Origin: Eutreptiella sp. 'Long Island Sound 2002'
Lineage: Eukaryota > Protista > Euglenida
NCBI GenBank assembly: GCA_964036045.1
Contig: OZ038378.1
Coordinates: forward strand, 185,504,001-185,568,000
Length of the DNA: 64,000 nt
Direction: 5' to 3'
The notes under the pieces were generated by a model. It was not told the DNA's origin. It was given only the letters and a program-made list of their open reading frames with translations, and did not search any database. Of the stretch, positions 49,702-60,319 are shown piece after piece. The first letter of the stretch is position 1. Each line of letters begins with the position of its first letter. Made by a program: the position numbers and the translations under genes.

Positions 49702-52700
49702 CCAGACCAGTCTCAACGGACAGAGTCACGCTACACTAACTACACTAACTACACTAACTCATGGGGCGACCCACTGGGGCCACCACATTCCACTTGTCCA
49801 GGCCACTGCCTTCAGCCGAGGATTGCCCTGAATCGCCCGAATGTACCCGAATGTGGAACGACTCGCATCTATCCCGCCGGGGGAGGGAGGGGGAAGGAGA
49901 CACGGGGCAGGTTGCGGCATCCCGCCGCAGCTGCAAGAGCAGCACGACGCAAGCAGTACGATGAGGTGGCATGGCCTAGGTCAGCACAGGATCTGGCCTG
50001 TGTAGACCGACCTGGAGCACCACACACTTGAGTCTCATGAGGAGTGCCGCTTGGCCGCTTCGCCGCTTGGCAGGGCAGAGGAATCGGTTCCTCCAGCAAA
50101 CACAGGATCTTGGGATTTGGGGGAGACGGGGCTCGCTCTCAACACAACTGGTGGTGACGAAGCCGATTTGGCTAGAGACCTTGACCAGTCGCCTTGACAG
50201 AGTACAGATGTGAGACCTCGGCTCCGCCAAACGCAAGTTCTGTAGAGACGCTGGCTGTCATCAGCAGGCATTCGCTGTGCGGTGTTGAAAGGTGTTGTGC
50301 GGTAATTGGCACTTGAGGAGTTTGTCGGTGAGAGTCTCATGTCGATGTACCTGCAGTCGCATTCGCAGCACATTGCATGGCATTGCAATGCAAGGCTGTT
50401 GCACAGTATCTCACTGTATCTGTACTGGTGTACCACCATGTTCCACCGGATAGCCGATACGCCGGCACAGGACTGAAAACTGGCCCCAAGTGACCTCAAC
50501 TTCATGTTTTTTCTGAATCTTCTCATTTCAAAGTTTCCGTGGGATGGTTGACAGTGCCCTTGATTACGACGTGCTCATTCCGACCTGAGTGAGCTGGGAT
50601 GGGATGCGGGGGACGAACATGGGTCACGTATGCGACATCCCACGCAAGCCCAATCCCACTACATCAGCCCCCGAAAGGCCGATTCTCGGTAACATTCTTG
50701 TGTGTGTTGCAGCGGTGCATACATAACGGCGGTCTGGGAACAACACCGGAGGCCGTTTCGGGGACGGTGCAGTCGGTAGCGCAAGGGTGGAGCGGGGGTT
50801 GCACTGCCTGTGCACATCGCCCGGAAGTTGGCAGACGCCTGTTTGAAAAACATGCGGTGGCTGCCGGCTGTAGCCGCAGCCGTGGCGGTACATGTAGCAG
50901 GAAAAATGCCGCGGGCGGAATGTTGGACACTTTCTGTGCAAAAGTGTACACAATTGGTCCATTTTTGTTTTAAGGATTTGTGCGGCATACTGTGCTGTCC
51001 CCAAGAACCCCCCCCCCCCCCCCATCCATACGGCTGCCATGTTCCAGGAATGCGCACGTTGGCTCGGTGGCAGAGGTATAGGTACAACCCATTGGCACCC
51101 CTTCCTCAACAGCAAGCCCAAACAGCACTACGGTTGATGTTTGGTGTCCAAGTGCAGTCCTCTGACTGCAGCTGTATGGCAACACCTTTGCTGCAGTGGA
51201 CGCGGGATTGAAAGGGAATCCAAGTGACACCTCTGGTGTTTCACTGGAAGCGCACACCTCATTTGACAAGGCACAGACCAACCCCTCGTTCACCCTCGCG
51301 AACGTTCTGCACTTTCTCAGGTCCCCCTCTAAAACCCTTTTTGTATTGGGTGTTGTGGCTCTGAACCGGGAATGTCTCAGGCTGGTGTTGAGCTGAAAAG
51401 GAGACCAAAAACCAGACGATGCCATGGGCCAAAACGCAATGCAATACGTGATTCCACGTGTGTGCAAGATTCAGTCAAGCCTCTTCACGACGGTCTGGCA
51501 ACACCGGGGGTCTAGTAACCATTCAAACACCCTCTTGTTTGTCATGGTGGGTCCCAGCAGCTAAGGGGGGGTTGGGTGGGGTTCAAGTTTTTTTTTTTTG
51601 CAGTGTTTTGCCATCATTTTTGAATTCTCCATTGAATTCTGAGCATTTTGAGTATACACACAGAGAGCGGAAAAAACTTGTAGATCTGAAATTCGACAAA
51701 AAAATTTCCGGCGCTTTTGGCGCCGAGATTCTGGCCAACAATGGTCAGGACCGATGTGGTGGACATTTTGGCCACCGAATTTGCTTCTTTTGTTGTTTTC
51801 AGAATTCTTCCCCCCCCCCCCCCCCACAGGTTTGTGAACACACTTCTGTGGAACAGATCAAAGGGGGGGGGGGGCGCCTGCACGGATGCTTGCAACAGTT
51901 CCCATTGGCAAACTAACCCAGAGTCCGACTCCAAAGTGGCGAATCTGAGCGCCAAAAGACAAGCGCCTGAATTGTAGTGGGATATGTGTCACTGGTGCTG
52001 CGCAATGCGCTCCGCCACCTGAACTTGTAGTGTCCATCAGCACCTCATGTGCTTGGAACACATGGTCCGGATGGGAGACAGAGGGATTGGGGGCCAGGAC
52101 TAGAAAGGGGGGGTCCACAGTTTGCACCCTGCGGGAGTGTGCGTCTTGTGTAGGGCAACAGTGTGGAGGTCGCTCTGGTGCGGCCCGATGCAGGACTGTG
52201 GACTGTGAGCAGTTCTGTTCCCCTATTGAACAGAACCTCTTCCACGGTCGCCATTCTGGCGCACTCGAAGACATCTCCTGATGTTTGTTTAAGTAAGAAC
52301 TAGTGCACACGTCTTGGGGCAGGACTGCCCGCTGTTCAGTCATGTCCATTTCACTCTGCACCTGTCATTGCCACGACCAGGCACCCTCGACGACCTCTGG
52401 TAACATTCGCTGGGACAAGATGGAGCAGTTGTGGAATATTCTTTGTGCCTCTCTTAGATGCAGGCAGCATGTGCATGGGAGTCCTTGTAGTTCCATTCGC
52501 CTTGCACTTTGAGGTTGGGATGAAGGCGGTGTAGGCATCATTGGGCATTTTGTTTGCTTTGTTTGGTTTGCCTCGTATTTGACATCTGTGACCTGAGGGG
52601 GGTTCCAGTGCCAATTCTTGAGGTGGAGGCCCCCTGAGGGCAGGTGTGCAGGGTTGTGCACAGTGCGGGTGAGAGTAGTACTCGTGGTTGATAAGGAACC

Positions 52701-53745
52701 ATACAATGTTTAGGGACATAGGTTGTGAATGCACATTGATGGCCTAAGAGATCCACCTCAACAGCAGTAGGGAATTGTCATCCATTCTGTGGTTCCAAAA
52801 TGGGACCCAACCAAACATAACCGTTTGGTCAGTAACCAGCCACTAACAATCAACCTATCTCCTGCCCCCCCTGCAAGATACAGTAAAGTGCCAAATCGCA
52901 CCTCATGCAGTTTGCACAAGCTGTGGGTTGCATGCACCACTAGAGCACCAGAGGAGCAACACCTCAGCAATAGCTGCTGCACTCACTGCTGACACCCCCT
53001 GCTCTGAGGGATGTTCAAGGGTGATTTGGCTGCCTACAGAGAGAACATTTGGGCACAGGGTGCACACAGGGCAAACTTTTTGCTATATGGTAGTTTTTTG
53101 TGCTTCATGTTCTTCCTGCTGGCAGAGGGAGACTAGCACAGGAGACTAGCACTAGAGGAATTAGCACAGGTTGAGAGTGGTATACAGTGCTAGAGGAAGA
53201 GGAGGGAGAGCTGCTCCGACCCTCTTCAGTGACACCTAGGGGCAGGGAGAGGTGGAAGTGGCCTCAGCTTTAGCTTTGGAGAAGGCGTTTCCTGTGGCAC
53301 CTGCTGTGCATCATTTGGGTAATTATCCCAAAACAAAAAAATTGTGGTTGTTCAAACGTATATGGGATTCTCATGTAAACTGTACCCTGCTCATCTTAAG
53401 TTGGCGTGTCATCCCCTTTTGGCCGCTTCTCACCACAAATAGTGTACATGGTGCCTAGAAAAGTGCATTCAGCCTGCAGTGTACGAAAAGCATTCTCTTG
53501 TGCTACTTCCTTTGCTTCCATGTGGATGTATGTATGTTTGCAATCCAATGCGCCAGTAGTATGTGGGGGAGCGGGACGCACCGTGCGCGCACCGTGCATC
53601 TTTTTTATTTGGATAATTTACTTGACACCATTGTTTTGCTTTGTTCTTGCCCTGTGAGGTGCTGTGTTGCTGAGCTGGTACCCCATTTCACCCTACATGC
53701 CCTGAGGACTGCGTTGCACATGCTATTTCTTGGTCTATAGCTCAG

Positions 53746-53851
53746 CAACACAATGTCATTGTTTTGGGTTTGCACGAGTACCCCTGTCTTTTACGACCCA
53801 ACACAATGTCATTGTCTTGGGTTTGCACCGGTACCCCTATCTTCTACGACC
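53746..53851 (+). repeat. 53-bp imperfect tandem duplication
   Basis: CAACACAATGTCATTG..TTGGGTTTGCAC..GTACCCCT.TCTT.TACGACC twice. Confidence 0.9.
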
Positions 53852-54337
53852 GCAACAGTGCAAATGAGCGGGCTCCTGCTACTATTCTGGGCCCCTTGCA
53901 ATGCCCTGGTGATTCCCTGCACATACAGTATGAGGTGAACGGGAAGGCAGAAATATCAGCGCCGCCCATGCAGGACCCATCAGGAAATAACAGCAACCAT
54001 GCAGAGCCCATCAGGAAATGTGGTGTGTGGTGGTCGGCCCGTCCCCAAAAGGGGAGGGCTTTCTTGACAGATTGTGAACCGTGCATGCCTATTTCAGGAA
54101 GCAACATTGCATGGGCCTCCACAGACATGAATGTCTTTACGTCAATCTCGTACCCTTTCCTTTCACTGCTTGTGTCTTCCGATGGTGCGCATAGACAATG
54201 CCTTTTGTCCAAATAACGCAAGGTCTTGTTTCCGCGAGTTTTTGGAACTTTACCGTTGTTTGGGTAAGGGGGGGAGGTAGTGTTGTGTTACCCTGTGTCT
54301 CCTGATAAAGGGCTGATGAAAGCATACGAGCTTGCCA

Positions 54338-54450
54338 CTTCAGCTGTTCTTAGCAGTGCCACTCCAGCCATTTTCCGAAATTCTGCTCCAGCTATTTTCA
54401 GCGCTGCCACCCCAGCTGATCTTCGAACTGCCACTCCAGCTATTTTCAGA
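54338..54450 (+). repeat. Degenerate minisatellite (reads ATPAIF-like units)
   Basis: GCCACTCCAGC.ATTTTC-like units recur several times. Confidence 0.75.
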
Positions 54451-54768
54451 CAAGCTTGCAACTATACCATCTTTTGGATTTTGGCATCTTGCAGCCTCAT
54501 GCGACGTGCACTGCAGTGAACAGAATGCACGCGTGAGTTCAACGGTTGATGGAGCATGTGTGTTTGTGCACCCTCTGCCCTTCCCCCTTCCCATACCTTG
54601 CAGCCAGGTGCCAAAGTGCCTTTCCTCCCTGCACAATGTCGTGATGTGGTGAACTCTGCGGCAGGCCCCCAATGAGCGGGACGGAGGCCGCCTTCTCCGC
54701 CCCGCACACGTTCCAATGCGCCGACCCTTCCATCCCCTTCATCGTGTCACGTCACTCCGTCCCTGCAG

Positions 54769-55073
54769 ACATCGCCGATGCCTACATCCCCCTCTCTGAC
54801 TCTGAGAAGGAGCTGGTTGTGTTGAAGGACACGCTGCACAAGCGCCTGTCCGTCCTCAACGGATGGCTGCAGAAGATCAACGAGGGCGACATGGAGGAGC
54901 TTCTGCAGCAGCTGGAAGCGAAGCTGCAGCCTGGGCTTAAGCGGGGGCATTTGACGCGCATGAACGCGCTGGAACTGGAGGCGCTGTTGAACAAGCACCT
55001 TGGTCTGGAGACCTCGGAGTGCTTGAGAGTGCAGCAGTGGGTGCAGGAGCATCAGGAGGCACCTGAGCCGCAG
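54769..55073 (+). CDS. Orphan internal exon encoding a helical, Leu/Glu/Gln-rich peptide; rest of gene not located
   Basis: Host-like GC3-rich codons; pyrimidine tract + CAG acceptor at 54768 and CAG|GTGTCC donor at 55074; open frame DIADAYIPLSD...EAPEPQ. Confidence 0.55.
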
Positions 55074-57758
55074 GTGTCCTGTGTGTCCTCAGGGCAGGCA
55101 GGGACAAGATTGGAGGTGAAGGTATGAACTAGGTATTGGTTAGTGCTTCCTCACCCCCGGATGTAAACAGCAGGACAGTGCCTTGTGCTCCTGGGATGTC
55201 CAGTATGTGATCTGCAGGATGCATGACTTCCGAGGACACCTTGTACTTGGTAGCTGTCCAGACCCAGTCAGCCCCCCCAACAACGGGCACACTTACTCAG
55301 CGTTTAAGGCAGGCCGGCAGACGTCTGGGTGCAGGTGACGGTGATGCCGAGGGCGAGGGCGCGGGTGACGACGAGAGTTATGGCGATAATTCTGCTAAGG
55401 GTTGGATACCGGTTTCATGATGGATGATGTCAAAAGTTTGGGGCATAAGAAGAGCTGTGGTAATCCTCCCCTTTCCATTCTGGTTGAAATTGACTGGTCC
55501 GAAATTGTATTGTACCTTGCATAGTGCATTGAGGAAACCGTCACTTGCACATTTTTCTCGGATGGTGCAACAGTACACACTGTGCCATCTTCGTCACATA
55601 TCTCCTGTTCCTTCCCGTCAGTGATTGCGTCATCAATGCATGCATGTGGCCTGTCCAGTATGCAGGCACAGCGATGCACCTATTCTGTGTCCCCTTGTGC
55701 ATTTTCCCCTTGTGCATACACACCGTGTGCTCTGAGACTCTGGATTCGATGTCAAGGTTTCTTTTCTGACAGACTGTCGAGTAGATTGCAGTCCTTGGCT
55801 TTATCTCCTTGCCCTTATGAGACTGCACTCCTGTCTGGCGGTCGTAATGCAACTGCATGACACTCATCCGCCTTTGAGCCAATCGACTCCAGAGTCAGCA
55901 TCTGCAAGACGCTCTTACAAACAGGGTCATCCTGCTGGAGGCTCCTCCATCTGGCGGTCCGTTTGTCAGTTTGAGCCATTTGGCTTGATCTCCAAAAGTG
56001 CTTGTATCTGTACTCTGCCTTCCGGCTTTCCCGTGCTGTGCGCAAATTCAGCCGTTTTGGACCCTCCGATCTCCCGCACTACAGGGCACTGCTGGCGGTC
56101 ATGGGTCCTCCTGTGTGCCGTTTTGTATCGTTCATTGGCAGCGTTTGGCCCGTGCCTGTGGGGGTTTGGGGGGGTTGGGGGTTTTGAGGTTGGTTCCGGT
56201 AACGTCACCCCGATAAAGGGCGTGGTGTGTGCGGCTGTGTGCCCAAACATCCTCCAGGAAAACCACAGTGCACTACATCATCCCGTCGGGCAGTAACGGC
56301 GGTCTCCAGAGGCCTCCAAGGGACAGCATATTGAGAGGCTCAGTGGGGAGACCATTGGTTTTTGGTCTGCAATGCACGCGCGGTGGGGATACTCCCTCTT
56401 GGGCCCTGGAGCCCCCCCCCCACATCTCCTGTCTTTCAAGTATATGTCTGCCCTTCACCCAGTTGAATGGGTTGCCCCAGGGCTTTTAACAACTCCGCAT
56501 TACTGGGGAGCCCCCCCCCCCCCCCCCCTTGAACCCCCCCCCCCTCTTTAAAAGATTGGCCCAAAATTTCCTGTGTGCCTTCGGCCGATTAAAAACTTTT
56601 TCTCTGGTGCCTTTGGCACCAATTAGTTTAGACCAAAAATTTTCTTCGGTGCCTCTCAACACTCAGCACCACTTAGGGGAGGTGGGGTGGGGGTGGGGGG
56701 CTGGACCCACCCCCCCGAGCCCCCCTGGATCCCCCCCCCCCCCCCCACTAATAAAAGCAGCCCTGGGGTGCACCCCATCGTGTGTTGGGGGGCGGGGGGG
56801 CTTCACTTGTTACATTCTTAGACGAACCAGGTGTCCACCCAAAATGGGCCCCTGTCACCGGAAAGTGGACCAAAAAAGGGACGTGTCACACGGTGCGAAA
56901 AACACGGTTAAAGAACATGAAGCCAATCCCGGGAAAGAAGAAATGTCCTAAAAAGACAGTGGTTGTGCAAGTACATGAGCAGTTGTGTACCACCGTGTTA
57001 CCACGCGCATGCATATATGCACTTCAGTGTGTTTCATTTGAATTGCTGCATGTTGTTTGTTGTTCGATCAGCAAAGAGACGCAGGGAAGTTCACAATGTA
57101 GGCAGGAAGTCTCATGTATCGAAACTTCGGTTGCACGATTAGCTACATCAAACTGTTTGTCCACCCGACTCCTGATAGTCTGTGTATGTGAAAATTAGAA
57201 TGAAAAACCAATGATGCTATCGAAATTTCGATTGTCGAAGCTACGTGACAATTTGCCTTGCATGGATCAATCGAAATTTCGATTGGAAGTCTTTAACGAC
57301 ATTCAGAGAGCAAACCATGAAAATCCTTCACGAAGGTTTACCGGAACATAGTTGTACTACAGTAGTATATGAATTTTAAATTACAACTTTGTAGAAAAAT
57401 AAAGGTAAAAGAAATAAGAGGTAAAATAAATCAAACACATATGAATGTTTTATCCGATGGAGATGTCTACACAATCGATTTATTTCTAAAACCAATCGAA
57501 ATTTCGATAGGAGCATCTCGAATCAAAATTTTGATAGGAGCATTCGACAGAAAAGGAATTCAATTCCTATCGAAATTTCGATAGGAATGTCCAATCGAAA
57601 TTTAGATAGCCGCTAAAGGAATAACTACCCTGTAAAGCATAGGCTGTTTAAACTGCAATCGAATTTTCGATAGTGACAGTCTGACAGATTTCAAAGATTT
57701 TAAATGCTAGACTATTTGTTGTCTTCTACTTCATGTACGAGTTTCATGTACGCCAAAG

Positions 57759-59852
57759 ATGGATGGCCATGTCATTGCCTACGTGCGAGGATTCCTCGCT
57801 TCGCACTCTTGGGAGAATGGACGCCAAATTATTGAAGATGCTTGTGAAGGCGGTACGTCAAGGCGATTTGTTGAATTTGTCCTTGGAATAAGGATAACCA
57901 AACACCGCCGCCAGACATTTGAGCAGGTGGTTGCAAACAGAAACTGTAACCTTTGCCCAGATGGCTCAGCGTACTCCAGCAGGAGCTCTTCAACATCTGG
58001 CGTGTGCTGCACCTGCGTGCGGCACCCCTCGCTTTTCGCCCGGCTCTGGATATTACTGTTTCGCAGCGCGAACGGAAGTTACTCGCAAGGTTTGGCATAG
58101 TTCCACCTCGAATACCGACTCTGCAGGAATCTGGTGTTGCAGCAGCGATGGACCTCTGGAATGCAATGAGCATTGCTTCGGTTGGCATTTGGATGGACAA
58201 TTTTTTCAGAAAACGATTCCTCCAGAACCCCGATGGACCGCCCGGACATCTTGACTATTCTGCCGTAGCCGTGCTCTTTACAATCTTGCTGCCCCGATTT
58301 CCTGGACATCTCACATTGCGCCGCATAGTTTTCAGACTGCCAGGTGTCATGAGATGCATTCGGACCTCCATCAGGGGTCTACTGAACACTATTGCAGCTG
58401 TTACGGATGGGACGTTACAGGCACATTTCATCCGTGCGCCACTCGACATCGCCAGAGGTATCGTGCATCCACAAATTTGGAACCCTATGCTGCTGGACGA
58501 GTGTCGAACAAGCACAAACACTGAGCTGCTGCAGTTAATTGAGATGATGCGTCGCATACAGATTCATACGGGCCGGGATTTGCCTTTGCTGGTCGACATG
58601 AAAATACATGCATCGGTGTTGCGTTTCATTTACGGTGCGAAGCTCAGAAGTCTTGACTACCGGTCACATTTGGAACGCATTCCACTGCTTTATGGCATTT
58701 GGCATCCGTACAAATACTGTGTACACATTACTTTCAGGCGTTTCTTTCCCGTTATTTCTTGGCTGCTGAAACCGTTTATCACGGTGCGGACTAGCAATCT
58801 CTTGTCATCGGAAGCTCATATACATGGAAAAGGTTTTTGCCGGTCTTTTGTTAGCGGGCAACGTGTTGAAAGGTCTTATCACCGAAGCTACAGATAGATT
58901 GTCGACCCTCAGACGACCAATGAATCTTGAAAACACTGTGGCATATCAAAAGATTCAGTCCCTGTACAGTCTGTTGTATGTTTTCACACCTGCACTCTGG
59001 GCCATTGGGTATGGGGTTCGAGAATGTACCTGGGCCGGGGCTGCTCTGGATTCTGGGAAGACCGCACGCACTGTTCTTGAACATTGTCTGCTTTTACTGG
59101 TCTCCCTTACACAAAAGCATGCTCCCAAGATAGAGTATGTTCGGACCTTATGCACTGCACCCGGTACATGGCAGTTATGGTATGACATGGTTCCTGGTTG
59201 TCTGTTCGTTGAGGAAAGTTGTGAAGCCTCTTTGTCACGTTTGGGACATGCTCTCACCCTGCTGCCACACGTCACAGATCTTTCTCGCGCAAGTGATGTT
59301 TACTGCACCCTTCCCCCCTTGCAGAAAGAACGGGTTCTCAGATCTTCGGTCCAGCCACATCTGGTTACACATTTTGTTATTACGATACGTTCATTTGTTC
59401 AACGGGCTGCGGATATCAACACGCCGTTCACACGGTTCCAGACCAAACACAGGACAGTTACACCTGATCCTGTATGGGATCCCAGTTACCTTCCTCCACT
59501 TGACTTAACTGTTGATTCACCCTTACTTGATATGTGCATGATTCGGGCTCTCAAGTTAATGTGCAAACACAGAGATGTCACAGAGGGAATCCATCAATAT
59601 ATGACCCACATTCCTAGAACACCTCTTGCTGATCGTGTTTCCTATGTGAAAGCTTGGAAAAAACTACAGACAACACGGTCGCTTGAAGCACATCCCCCTC
59701 CGGACAGATACCAGGGACGCCTTCGTAGACAGCCACGAGGCCCGCCTCCTGCCCTCTTTGACCCGCCATCCAGCGAGAGCGAACCTGATGAGGACGACGA
59801 ACATATAGTTGATGAGGCCAAAGGTCCGCGGCTTCTTGCCGCTGAACATTGA
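57759..59852 (+). pseudogene. DDE-type transposase-like gene (Academ/DUF6589-like) broken by two frameshifts (about 57950 and about 58800)
   Basis: Three overlapping ORFs (57759, 57953, 58824) join into one product. Ordered motifs: WMDNF (D 58196), PLLVD (D 58595), YGIWH (58694-58705) and EESCE (59211-59225). Family call is by recalled motif pattern only. Confidence 0.55.
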
Positions 59853-60319
59853 GATTTGAGTCGCTTATCGAAATTTCGATTGCGCGTTTGTTTGTTGCAA
59901 TTTCAGTGCGTAAGTACTTGATCGAATCCTTTCATCATGTAATACCCACTCTTTGCTTGGTCCAATGCTCCTTCGATCTATTTTATGCATATCGGATCTA
60001 TTTCATCTCCTTCGAAGTCTATGTAAACCTGATCAGACAACGTTTCTCGGTACCTCGTCTGCGGTCTATCGAAATTTCGATAGACCACTTCCGCAATCGA
60101 AATTTCGATTGCATTTACGAGATTTGGACTCTAAGTTGGACGTAACCGATGAATCTGAGCTTATCGCTTCACATTTAGAGGTACTGAAAAACCTTCACAG
60201 AAATATTCGGTCTCACAAGCAAAGTAGCACTTTCGTCGCCCCAATCGTCCATTTGCAAGTTCCTCAGCTCGTTTGCGCACAGGTTTTACCTCGTTAATCA
60301 CCCTCAGTACATTTACCCA

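Noticed and set aside
57369-57584. 71-aa AT-rich ORF
   Set aside because: Short, runs through palindrome copies (the IEISI peptide is just the palindrome translated), and has no recognisable motif.
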